Assembly (NCBI GenBank): GCA_963807635.1 | Contig: CAWEDJ010000073.1 | Location: forward strand, 74,037 to 138,036 | Length of the DNA stretch: 64,000 bases | Reading direction: 5' to 3' | DNA from: an uncultured cyanobacterium | Lineage (GTDB): Bacteria > Cyanobacteriota > Cyanobacteriia > Cyanobacteriales > Microcystaceae | In this document: one piece after another, positions 44,362 through 54,600 of the stretch | Layout: every line of letters starts with the position of its first letter | Numbering within the stretch: the first letter of the stretch is position 1 | The notes under the pieces: model-generated | Seen by the model: the letters and a program-made list of their open reading frames with translations, nothing else | What the model was told of the DNA's origin: nothing | The model's database searches: none | Translations under genes and position numbers: made by a program

Positions 44362-46722
44362 ATGGATATTCTTTCCCCTTCTTTACCGTCCGACTTAGAG
44401 CAAGCCTTAACGGTTCTCCGCGATCGCCTACGAGAAGGTCAACGCCCGCTTGCCGATTGGTCGGGGGGAGAAATGGCGGTTTCGGCAGTCCCAGGCGCAG
44501 GAAAATCCCATAGTTTGTCGGTAGCGGCGGCTATCACCATCGCTCGTCATCAATTGCAAGCCAATCGCCAATTACTAATCGTTACCTATACGCGATCGGC
44601 GGCGGCGGCCATTAAAGCCAAAATTAAAGACCGATTAAGGGAATTGCAGTTACCCCCAATGGGATTTATGGTGCAGACTTTGCATGGTTTAGCCCTGAAT
44701 ATTGCCAGTCGTCACCCCGACTCTTCAGGAATCAATCTGAATAATCAAACCCTTTTGACCCCTAATCCCAGCCATCGAGTGATTCGGGAGACGGTCGAGC
44801 AGTGGATACGGCTTAATCCCGATCTCTACCATATCCTCTTAGAAGCGCAACCTTTTGATCAAGAAGAAACCGAAAAACTCCGCCGTCAATCGGTCTTGAG
44901 AACAGAGGTTTTACCCCAGCTTGCCCATGTTGTTGTCCATGAAGCTAAAAGTTCAGGTTTATTGCCCCAGCATATTCAGCAATTAAGTTTACTGAGTACG
45001 GATCATTATCCCCTTTTAGCGATCGCGGCAGGATTATATGAGCAGTATGAAAAAATAATGAAAAGTCGTAATTATATTGATTACGATGACATGATTTTAG
45101 GTGCATTAAAAGTATTAGAAGATGACGTAATTTGTCAAGAATGGCAAAAACAAATCTTTGGCGTTTTTGAAGACGAAGCCCAGGATTCGAGTCCCCTACA
45201 GGAAAAATTAATTAATCGTTTAGCGATCGCTCCGAATAGTCCCCAAAAAATTGCCAACTTAATTCGAGTGGGTGATCCGAATCAAGCCATTAATTCTACT
45301 TTTACCCCTGCCGATCCTGTTTACTTTAATTGGTTTTGTGAAAACTGTAAAAATCAGGGTAATTTTTCCACAATGGATCAAGCAGGTCGTAGTAGTCAAA
45401 TTATTATCGATGCGGCTAACTACCTCCTTCATTGGGTTAATCAACGCTGGAATCTATCTGATCAGAATCAGCAAGGTAAAGCCGTTAATTCTCAGCAATC
45501 TTTAACCCAAAAACTAGCAACGCCTTTTCGAGAACAATCTATTCGTGTTGTGGAAAAAAGTGATTCTCAGCAAAATGCAAATCCAGAGTCCGTTGGAAAA
45601 GGATTAGAAATTTATACTCCTGAAGATATATTCATGACCGTTGAATTAATCGGAAAACGAATGATTCAATTATTTACCGAAAACCCTAACAGTAATGCCG
45701 CTATTTTAGTCAGGGAAAATCGACAGGCTCGCTTTTTAGCGGAAGCTTTAGGGGATTTATTACAGGATCAAAAAATCAAAATTTATGAAGTCGGTGAAAT
45801 GGAACGATTCTCGAAAATTCCCGAAGAAATCCTCAAACTACTTCACTTTATTGACCGTCCCCATTCCCCAGAGTATCTTAAAAATGCCCTAGAGATTTTG
45901 CAAAATCGGGGATTAATTCCCGCTCAGGATTTGAATATTTTAGCAACCTATCCCGAAAAGTTTCTCTATCCCAGCCCCTTGGAAGGAGAAGAAAAACAGC
46001 CTGTTTTAGTGGCTAGAAAATATTGCTGTCAATTATTAAATGCCAGAATTGAATTACCCCATTATCAACTGATTATTTTTCTGGGAATAATTCTTAAATA
46101 TACGGGATCAGAGTTAGCAACTTTACAGAAATTATCAGAACGCATGGAGCAACAAACAAGTTATCAAAATTCTCTTAAAATAACTATTAATGCTCTACAG
46201 GAATTAGTCATTTCCGAACGGTTTGAAGGGGTTGAAGAAGAAACTGATGAAGTTTATACCAAAGCAGGGCAATTAACTATTATTACTATGCACAAAGCTA
46301 AGGGTTTAGATTGGGATTATGTCTTTATTCCCTTTCTCCACGAAGATATTTTACCTGGTGAATTATGGGTTCCTGTTTCGGCTAAATTTTTGGGGGATTT
46401 TACCCTATCAGAAGTTGCCCGCGCCCAAATTCGGACAGCTATCCATTATCAATATATCCATCATCAACCTATTACTCAAATTCCTAATGCGATCGCGGCT
46501 TGGGAGGAAGCCAAACAACTTAAAAAAGCGGAAGAGTATCGTTTATTGTATGTGGTAATGACCAGAGCAAAACGTTTACTATGGCTCTCGGCGGAGAAGA
46601 ATGGCCCGTTTCGTTGGAGTACCTTTCAAGCGAATCAAAAAGGAAATTTACAGAAAAAAACAGTTTGTTCTGCTCTTGATGCCTTACAAATACAATTTCC
46701 CCAATCTGTGATGGAACTTTGA
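44362..46722 (+). CDS. UvrD/REP-like SF1 helicase
   Basis: AVPGAGKS, EDEAQD, VGDPNQAI, TMHKAKGLDWD, RLLYVVMTRAK. Confidence 0.92.
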   Translation: MDILSPSLPSDLEQALTVLRDRLREGQRPLADWSGGEMAVSAVPGAGKSHSLSVAAAITIARHQLQANRQLLIVTYTRSAAAAIKAKIKDRLRELQLPPMGFMVQTLHGLALNIASRHPDSSGINLNNQTLLTPNPSHRVIRETVEQWIRLNPDLYHILLEAQPFDQEETEKLRRQSVLRTEVLPQLAHVVVHEAKSSGLLPQHIQQLSLLSTDHYPLLAIAAGLYEQYEKIMKSRNYIDYDDMILGALKVLEDDVICQEWQKQIFGVFEDEAQDSSPLQEKLINRLAIAPNSPQKIANLIRVGDPNQAINSTFTPADPVYFNWFCENCKNQGNFSTMDQAGRSSQIIIDAANYLLHWVNQRWNLSDQNQQGKAVNSQQSLTQKLATPFREQSIRVVEKSDSQQNANPESVGKGLEIYTPEDIFMTVELIGKRMIQLFTENPNSNAAILVRENRQARFLAEALGDLLQDQKIKIYEVGEMERFSKIPEEILKLLHFIDRPHSPEYLKNALEILQNRGLIPAQDLNILATYPEKFLYPSPLEGEEKQPVLVARKYCCQLLNARIELPHYQLIIFLGIILKYTGSELATLQKLSERMEQQTSYQNSLKITINALQELVISERFEGVEEETDEVYTKAGQLTIITMHKAKGLDWDYVFIPFLHEDILPGELWVPVSAKFLGDFTLSEVARAQIRTAIHYQYIHHQPITQIPNAIAAWEEAKQLKKAEEYRLLYVVMTRAKRLLWLSAEKNGPFRWSTFQANQKGNLQKKTVCSALDALQIQFPQSVMEL

Positions 46723-46870
46723 ATTTTCTGAGGCGATCGCGAAGCGGTACTGGGCGATCGCGTCTATCCTCCTTTGTTACTCTATGTTGCGATCGCGTTT
46801 TGGGAACGAGAAATTTGAGACAATCAGAAATATTGCTAACGCTCAGACTGCATAAGGAAAAAATTAGGAA

Positions 46871-48398
46871 ATGAAATTAGCCTATTGGATGTACGCTGGC
46901 CCTGCCCACATTGGAACCCTACGGATTGCCAGTTCCTTCAAAAATGTTCATGCCATTATGCACGCCCCCTTGGGAGATGACTATTTTAACGTCATGCGTT
47001 CTATGCTGGAGCGGGAACGGAATTTTACCCCAGTTACCACCAGCGTCGTCGATCGCAACGTATTGGCCAGAGGCTCCCAGGAAAAAGTCATTGATAATAT
47101 TGTTCGCAAAGATGCAGAAGAGCATCCCGATTTGATTGTTCTCACCCCGACTTGTACTTCCAGCATTCTCCAAGAAGATCTTGCCAATTTCGTCAATCGC
47201 GCTCAAATGGAATCCAAAGGCGATGTCATGTCTGGCCGATGTCAATCATTATCGTTTTAATGAACTCCAAGCCAGCGATCGCACTCTCTCCCAAGTAGTC
47301 CAGTTTTATCTCGAAAAAGCCCGCAAAAAAGGCGAATTACCAGAGGGCAAAACGGAAATGCCTTCGGTAAATATTATCGGAATTTCGACGCTAGGTTTCC
47401 ATAACCAACATGATTGCACCGAATTAAAACGTTTAATGGCGGATTTAGGGATTACCGTTAATGCCGTCATTCCAGAAGGCGCATCGGTTCATCAACTCAA
47501 AAATCTTCCCCGTGCTTGGTTTAATTTGGTTCCTTATCGGGAAGTCGGTTTAATGGCCGCTCGTTATTTGGAAGAAAATTTTGGGATGCCCTACGTGGAT
47601 ATTACGCCGATGGGTGTGGTGGAAACCGCTCGTTGTATCCGTAAAATTCAACAAGTTCTCAATGCTCAGGGGAGCGATGTTAACTACGAAGATTTTATTA
47701 ATAATCAAACCCTCTATGTTTCCCAAGCCGCTTGGTTTTCCCGTTCCATCGACTGTCAGAATTTAACAGGCAAAAAAGCAGTGGTTTTTGGGGACAATAC
47801 CCACGCCGCCGCTATGACTAAAATTTTGGCGCGAGAAATGGGCATTCACGTCGTCTTAGCAGGAACCTATTGCAAATATGATGCAGATTGGTTCAAGCAA
47901 GAAGTCAGTGAATATTGTGATGAAGTTCTCATTAGTGAAGATAACGGGGAAATTGGGGATGCGATCGCCCGTTTGGAACCTTCTGCTATTTTTGGAACCC
48001 AGATGGAACGTCATGTCGGGAAACGCTTAGATATTCCCTGTGGTGTCATTGCGGCTCCCATTCATATTCAGAATTTCCCTTTGGGTTATAAGCCATTTTT
48101 GGGTTATGAAGGGACAAATCAAGTAGCAGATTTGGTTTACAATTCCTTCACTTTGGGAATGGAAGATCACCTCTTAGAAATCTTTGGCGGTCATGATACC
48201 AAGGAAGTAATTACCAAGGGAATTTCTGCTGGTTCCGATTTAGGTTGGAATAAGGAAGCCCAGGGTGAATTAAATAAAATTCCTGGTTTTGTACGCGGTA
48301 AGGTCAAACGCAATACGGAAAAATATGCCCGCGATCGCGGTTTTAATGTGATTACTTTAGAGGTCATGTACGCCGCCAAAGAAGCCGTTGGAGCTTAA
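46871..48398 (+). CDS. chlB: Light-independent protochlorophyllide reductase subunit B (frameshift ~47230)
   Basis: [47 protein letters not shown]_red C-terminus. Confidence 0.97.
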
Positions 48399-48405
48399 TT
48401 AAAAA

Positions 48406-48433
48406 GTAGGGGTTGAATCGATTCAGCCCTTAC
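48406..48433 (+). repeat. GTAG-type REP-like palindrome (second family), possibly also the chlB terminator
   Basis: GTAGGGGTTGAAT-CG-ATTCAGCCCTTAC. Confidence 0.7.
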
Positions 48434-48507
48434 CAGAATTTTTAGAAGGTTTTAGATTCCGATTTGGTGTATTGTCCTATCAGTCTATTGTTTCTCTCTC
48501 TAAATTT

Positions 48508-48717
48508 ATGAAACCAACAACAATTTATTTACCTGAAGAAACAGAAAATCAACTCCAAGAAATTGCTAATAACACAGGAAAATCCATTGCCGAATTAATC
48601 CAAGAGTTAATTATTAGCCAGTTTCCTCAATCATCAAAAAAATTGCCTAAATCGGTGGGAATGGGAGCAAGTGGAAGAGCGGATCTATCTTCTAAGGTAG
48701 ATCAATTATTATTGTAA
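48508..48717 (+). CDS. CopG/ribbon-helix-helix antitoxin-like protein, no partner toxin adjacent
   Basis: MKPTTIYLPEE...GKSIAELI RHH pattern; PKSVGMGASGRADLS tail. Confidence 0.75.
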   Translation: MKPTTIYLPEETENQLQEIANNTGKSIAELIQELIISQFPQSSKKLPKSVGMGASGRADLSSKVDQLLL

Positions 48718-48801
48718 ATGAGATCTCGTTTGCAGATGGTACAGAATTTGAGACAATCGACACATAGAAGAATAATGTACTAACTCAATAATTTGAAAAC
48801 G

Positions 48802-50765
48802 ATGTCAGAATCCAATATCGAATCCATCCTTAATGAAGAGCGGTCTTTTAGTCCCTCTGCTGAATTTGCGAATCAATCCTATGTGCGGAGTCCCCGCGAA
48901 TATGAGCAACTCTATAGTAAAGCCGCCGCCAATCCCGAACGCTTTTGGGCAGAATTAGCCGAACAAGAACTCCATTGGTTCCAAAAATGGGAGACGGTAC
49001 TGGACTGGCAACCCCCCAATGCTAAATGGTTTGTCGGGGGTAAATTAAATATTTCCTACAACTGCCTAGACCGTCATTTAACCACTTGGCGACGCAATAA
49101 GGCGGCCATTATTTGGGAAGGAGAACCTGGGGATTCTCGCACCATTACCTACGGAGAATTGCACCGTGAAGTGTGTCTTTTTGCTAATGCCATGAAGCAA
49201 TTGGGAGTGACAAAAAGGCGATCGCGTCGCCATTTATATGCCCATGATTCCCGAAGCGGCGATTGCCATGTTGGCCTGTGCCAGAATCGGAGCGGCCCAT
49301 AGTGTCATTTTTGGCGGATTTAGTGCCGAAGCCGTCCGCGATCGCCTGGTAGATGCCGAAGCCAAATTAGTCGTAACCGCCGATGGGGGTTTCCGCAAGG
49401 ATAAAGTGATTGCCCTGAAGGAACAGGTGGATCTGGCGATCGAACACGGTGCGCCTAGTGTGCAAAATGTTTTAGTCGTTCAACGCACCAAAGCAGAAGT
49501 GAAATGGGTAGAAGGTCGGGATCATTGGTGGCATGACCTCAAAAGCCAAGTTTCCGCCGATTGTCCCGCCGAGCCGATGGACAGCGAAGATATGCTCTTC
49601 ATTCTCTACACCTCTGGCAGTACGGGCAAACCGAAGGGAGTCGTCCACACCACAGGCGGCTATAACCTCTACACCCACATGACCAGCAAATGGATTTTTG
49701 ATCTCAAAGATACAGACGTTTATTGGTGTACTGCCGATGTGGGCTGGATTACGGGACACAGTTATATCGTCTATGGACTCTATCCAACGGTGCGACAACG
49801 GTGATGTATGAAGGCGTTCCCCGTCCCTCCGATCCTGGCGTTTCTGGGATGTGATCGAAAAATATGGCGTAATATTTTCTATACTGCTCCGACGGCGATT
49901 CGCGCTTTTATTGAAATGGGAGAAGACATTCCTAACGCTCGCAATCTCTCTTCGTTGCGTCTACTCGGAACCGTTGGCGAACCCATCAATCCCGAGGCAT
50001 GGATATGGTATCACCGCGTCATTGGCGGAAAAATGCCCGATTGTCGATACCTGGTGGCAAACGGAAACGGGAGGGATTATGATTACCCCTTTGCCCGGGG
50101 CGATCGCCTACCAAACCTGGTTCCTGTACCCGTCCTTTTCCTGGAATTATTGCCGAGATTGTCGATTTAGAGGGAAATCCCGTTGAAGCCAATCAAGGCG
50201 GTTATCTCATTGTTAAACATCCCTGGCCGAGCATGATTCGCAATGTCTATGGTGATCCTGACCGTTTCCGTCGTACCTATTGGGAGCATATCCCCCCGAA
50301 AGATGGAAAATACGTCTATTTTGCAGGGGATGGTGCCAGAAAAGATGAAGATGGTTACTATTGGGTCATGGGACGGGTCGATGATGTGATTAGCGTCTCT
50401 GGCCATCGTTTAGGCACAATGGAAGTCGAATCGGCATTAGTTTCCCATCCCTCTGTCGCTGAAGCCGCAGTGGTGGGCAAACCCGATGATTTGACAGGGG
50501 AAGCGATTTTTGCCTTTGTCATCCTAGAGGGTCAACATTCTCCCAGTGAAGCCCTAGCCAAGGAACTCAAACAACACGTTGTCGAAGAAATTGGTGCGAT
50601 CGCCCGTCCCAGTGAGATTCGCTTCACCGATGTTTTACCCAAAACGCGATCGGTAAGATTATGCGGCGTTTGTTGCGGAATCTAGCATCGGGTCAGGAAA
50701 TTGCTGGCGATACTTCGACCTTAGAGGATCGTTCCGTTCTAGATAAATTGCGCGAAGGTGCTTAA
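48802..50765 (+). CDS. acsA: Acetyl-CoA synthetase (multiple apparent frameshifts)
   Basis: [60 protein letters not shown]. Confidence 0.95.
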
Positions 50766-50778
50766 TTTTGTTGGAATA

Positions 50779-50807
50779 ATCCCCTGGATAAAAACGGGGG
50801 ATGTTTA
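50779..50807 (+). terminator. Probable intrinsic terminator after acs
   Basis: ATCCCCTG-N8-CGGGGGAT imperfect hairpin followed by GTTT. Confidence 0.5.
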
Positions 50808-50867
50808 TCTTGCTACAATTAGAGTAATTTTTATGACAAGCTAACCTTGTCTGCTTAATCAATCACT

Positions 50868-51328
50868 ATGGCTGTTCTTACCAATTATCAACAACTATAC
50901 GAAACTCGATGATCTTCAATGGTGAGAGGAAACGATCGCTTTATTGAAAAATCGTCAATTTGAAGCATTAGATCTGGATAATTTAATTGAGCAGTTGGAA
51001 GATTTGGGGAGTGAAAAGAGAAATGCGGTAGTCAGTTTATTAGATCAAGTAATTCGTCATTTTGCTTTTATTAGAATATTGGGAATCCGAAGTAACGAAT
51101 AACAGCATTCATTGGCAAGGCGAAATCTATAATTTTCGACTGCAACTACAGGATAAATGACTCAAACGCTTTATAATCACTTGGTTTATAAATTAGATGT
51201 GATTTATGGACGTGCATTAAAAGCAGTTAATATCAAAACTCAAAAGTCAGTTGATTTCCCCGAAAAATGTCCCTATTCTCTTTGAAGAGTTGTTGGATAT
51301 AGACTGGTTGCCAATTTGTAGAGGGTAA
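50868..51328 (+). pseudogene. DUF29 family protein, disrupted (missed by the ORF track)
   Basis: Pieces LDLDNLIEQLEDLGSEKR, HWQGEIYNFR, FPEKCPYS, EELLDIDWLP across frames; an in-frame TGA plus several indels. Confidence 0.85.
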
Positions 51329-51514
51329 ACATTTTCCTTGCTGTAAATTTTTCGCTGATTACGTCTCATGCGATCGCGAAAATCTTATCGTATTGTTTCA
51401 CAGAATAATCTATTAACGAATTATTTACAGGTAAAAAATTACTACACATTGTCGAAAAACGCGGACTAGATGCGATCGCTTTTTTAATTCGAGAAGATGG
51501 CGATCGCAGGATTT

Positions 51515-51809
51515 CAGCTAACAAGGCTCATTTTGACTCGTTGATTAAGTGCGGTGGCAATTTTTTATAGCATTATTAGAGGATTGTCTTGATAGTCAGC
51601 GTCCTCTAGGTCTTCAATAACGGATTGTTCAACATAGATTAGGTCAGCTAGTTTGTTGTTGGGTTAATCCAGTCTATTTGTTCAGAGAGTTATGAAATCA
51701 GTTGTGCGATTTCTGCGTTGAGAGATTCTAGGGCAATTTGTTCTTGGATTGTAGGATCGTCTGCGATCATTTGGTGAATGATTTTTATAGCATCTGTGGT
51801 TTTAGGCAT
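51515..51809 (-). pseudogene. XRE/HTH (HigA-like) antitoxin remnant
   Basis: MPKTTDAIKIIHQMIADDP...NAEIAQLI* then GLTQQ.., LADLIYVEQSVIEDLEDADY, KIATALNQRV in shifting frames with stops. Confidence 0.7.
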
Positions 51810-51898
51810 TGTCTATTTCTCTTTGATAAGTGTGAAGTTCTGGATTTTTTTGTTGTTGGCGGGCTTTGTTATCTTCATGGGAAGTGAATCGCATTATT

Positions 51899-52153
51899 TT
51901 ATTTAAATGTGGTTAATTCTTCGCGTAAAATGCGACGTAATAATGATTCTAAGGATTCTCCTTTTTGTTGAATATAGTCTTGTAGGGCTTGGTTAATTAA
52001 GGTTTGGTAGTTACCGCCATTTTGGGCGTTGACCGTTTCTCGAAACCAGTCAATAATTTCATTATCAAGATATAGGGTAATCTGAGTTTTTCCTTGGGGA
52101 ATGAGATCGATTGCGCCTCGTTTTCCAGTGCTAAAGTCGTATTGTTCTTTCAT
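51899..52153 (-). CDS. BrnA family antitoxin
   Basis: YDFSTGKRG, ITLYLDNEIIDWF, YQTLINQALQDY. Confidence 0.9.
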   Translation of the reverse strand: MKEQYDFSTGKRGAIDLIPQGKTQITLYLDNEIIDWFRETVNAQNGGNYQTLINQALQDYIQQKGESLESLLRRILREELTTFK

Positions 52154-52156
52154 AAT

Positions 52157-52429
52157 TTATCCTTCATATTGTTGGCGTTCAATTTTGTTGGCTTTGCGGG
52201 CTGAGATGATTCTGATTGTATTTTGATCTCGATAGGTATAAGCAATAACCAGAATTCGTCTGAAAAAGTCTAATCCTATTATAATAAATCTTTCTTCGTC
52301 GGGATGATCATCGCTAATCATGATGGCGAATTTGTCATTAAAGACAGAAACTGCGTCTGCAAATTGGATGCTATGTTTACGAAGGTTGGAACGTGCTTTG
52401 TTGCGATCCCATTCATATTCGTATTGCAT
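52157..52429 (-). CDS. BrnT family ribonuclease toxin
   Basis: EWDRNKARSNLRKHSIQF, EERFIIIG, IRIISARKA. Confidence 0.93.
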   Translation of the reverse strand: MQYEYEWDRNKARSNLRKHSIQFADAVSVFNDKFAIMISDDHPDEERFIIIGLDFFRRILVIAYTYRDQNTIRIISARKANKIERQQYEG

Positions 52430-52618
52430 GGTGTTTGATCAATAATGCTTTTTTGATATGCGATTATATCGGATCGCTGGATAGCTTATAACCTCGTGGT
52501 CAACAACGATTGTATCGCATTTTTAAATTGAGAGGCGATCATGTTGAAAGAGGCGATCGCATTAATAAACATCCCAAAAATCAGATAATTACAAATTCAT
52601 CATGTTTAAAAGTAAAAA

Positions 52619-52641
52619 GGCGCGTTGAGTAACGCACCTAC
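52619..52641 (-). repeat. GTAG-type REP-like palindrome (third family)
   Basis: Minus strand GTAGGTGCGTTACTCAACGCGCC. Confidence 0.7.
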
Positions 52642-52658
52642 AGCGATGGCGATCGCAC

Positions 52659-53680
52659 TTATTTTGATATACCGCACTGTTTCAATCTTGCAGTAAGCGA
52701 GGCAAACTACTAAGTCACCTACCAAAACTGTGCGTTCCCCTGGTACACACCTATGGACGAGGGTAGATAACCTTCAGGAATTTCTTCAACGGATTTGTTG
52801 GCTATAGCTTGATAAAGTGTTTCCAAACTTAATGGTACTGCGTCAGCACCTTGCCACCCTACTGCAATACTGAAATTTCTTCGTATTTCAGGATTAACAT
52901 TTTGTGTTGCTGTGGTTCCGCCGACACGCTGCCAAATTCGAGATTGAATAACAAAACCAAGACGATTCTTAGTTGCTTCAGACCATAATTGGTTAATAGT
53001 TTTTAGATCAGAGCAAGGTAGTACCCTGATATCACTTGGGTCAAGCCAATCCTGGCTCGGATATCGTGATGGTCTTGCTTTGGTAGCTGCTTCTAATAAA
53101 CTGCTCAGTGTTTGAGCATCCGCACTTTTCCAATCACGAGCTTTCAACAACTTTTGTAGTGGTTCGTAATTGATTCCATTAGGAGAAAAAACGTAGTTGG
53201 AGTAAACCAAAAACTTTTGCCAACAAACCAACCGCTTAATCCAATTAACCCAATACCACCTAAAATTACTAGAAGATTCTTTACAGAAGAAGATTTAGAA
53301 TTAGGATAACTGACTCTAAAGGCTAGCGCATCAAACTTCCCAGCACATTCTTGGATCTGTCGAATAATTTCTTCATTGTTCTTTAAGTCCTCCAGGTTAT
53401 TTCCAATAGATTTCTTCAGAAGCTCAGATAGCTCTTTTGCTTTCTCTTGTGTTATTTCTTGTCCAATTGCTTCTGGCAATCCTTCAGCAAGATCTCTGAG
53501 TTCTGCAATTCTGCTATGAGGCATCTCCCCAGATTTAAGCTGTTGAGCTACTTCCTTAAGACACTCACCAACTCTAGAGAAGTATTTTGCGATGCTTTCT
53601 CGCTTTTCAACCCCAGCCTTTTTGAAGCTGTCACTAAACTCGAATAATCTTGATACGACTTCTATTATGTCCCCAACCAT
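52659..53680 (-). CDS. GUN4-domain protein with N-terminal helical domain and TM segment (frameshift ~53180-53230; 3' end disrupted)
   Basis: GINYEPLQKLLKARDWKSADAQT, PCSDLKTINQLW, GFVIQSRIW, VGW, GYLP, terminal ASLTARLKQCGISK*. Confidence 0.8.
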
Positions 53681-53746
53681 TAACTTTGCCCAGTCCTTAT
53701 GCAGAGATATTAATAGAACTCAGTCCTGAATTTTTTCATATTCACA

Positions 53747-54002
53747 GCGATCGCGAATCTTGTACGGAAATAATAACCTCATTGTGGGTTACTGCGTGCC
53801 GACTCAAGTTCGATCACCGATCTTGTAGGGAAATTATAACTCTATTTTTGGTTAATTGTCGGGTTACTGCGATCACTTTTTCTGATGAAGTGCGATCACC
53901 TCAATTATCTATCTGAATAAAGGGTTTGCGGTATGGAGATCGCTATCCCTATGAGTCGTGATTTTTAGGTGATCGCTTTTGGGGAGGTGAAGCGGCGATC
54001 GC
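53747..54002. repeat. Degenerate HIP1-cored repeat cluster
   Basis: GCGATCGC or near variants at 53747, 53810, 53869, 53892, 53936, 53969, 53995. Confidence 0.75.
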
Positions 54003-54065
54003 GGATGTCATAATCGCTCAAGCAGAGTAAAATAAAAGCTTGTATTGAAAAAGAGGAAAGTAACA

Positions 54066-54284
54066 ATGCCGCAAACTATGCAATTTAGTAAAATCTTAGA
54101 AATGATTGACTATCTCTCTTTTGATGAACAAGACGACTTGATCAATATTGTTAAACATCGGCAAATCGAAAAAAGACGAGAACAAATTGCTCAAAATATT
54201 TCTCAAGCTCGACAAGACTATCAAAATGGTAATGTTTTTCGAGGAAATGTTGATGACATTATTGCCGAACTGAACAATGATTAA
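54066..54284 (+). CDS. Putative antitoxin
   Basis: 72-aa helical ORF with acidic end (VDDIIAELNND) overlapping the toxin start. Confidence 0.8.
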   Translation: MPQTMQFSKILEMIDYLSFDEQDDLINIVKHRQIEKRREQIAQNISQARQDYQNGNVFRGNVDDIIAELNND

Positions 54285-54561
54285 CTTAGTTTTTAGCCAA
54301 TCATTTAAACGCGCTTTTAAAACAACGATTAAACGACAACCCGAATTAAAATCGAAAATAGAAGCCAAATTAAGACTACTCGCTGACGATCCCTATAATC
54401 CAATATTACGCACTCATAAATTAAAAGGAAAATTATCAGGTGCTTGGGCTTTTTCTGTTGAGTATAATTGCCGAATCATCTTCAGTTTTGAACCGAATCC
54501 TGAAACTCAAGAAGAAGAGATTAACCTAATTGATATTGGAACTCACGATGAAGTCTATTAA
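54277..54561 (+). CDS. RelE/YafQ-family mRNA interferase toxin
   Basis: SFKRAFK, LRTHKLKGKLSG, WAFSV..RIIF, IDIGTHDEVY. Confidence 0.92.
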   Translation: MINLVFSQSFKRAFKTTIKRQPELKSKIEAKLRLLADDPYNPILRTHKLKGKLSGAWAFSVEYNCRIIFSFEPNPETQEEEINLIDIGTHDEVY

Positions 54562-54600
54562 ATATAAATTTTTATTATGTCAGCAAGGTTTCGGGAGTTT

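Noticed and set aside
419..50765. Mass pseudogenisation or programmed frameshifting of housekeeping genes
   Set aside because: Essential genes (topA, priA) are hit, flanking sequence is otherwise undiverged, and lesions sit at homopolymers or methylation motifs; sequencing error is far more likely
52700..52721. Amber (TAG) recoding in this genome
   Set aside because: TAG is used as a normal stop in ndhE, the EAL gene and the DUF3120 gene
53650..53916. 88-aa ORF with internal repeat
   Set aside because: It is the translation of the HIP1-cored tandem duplication
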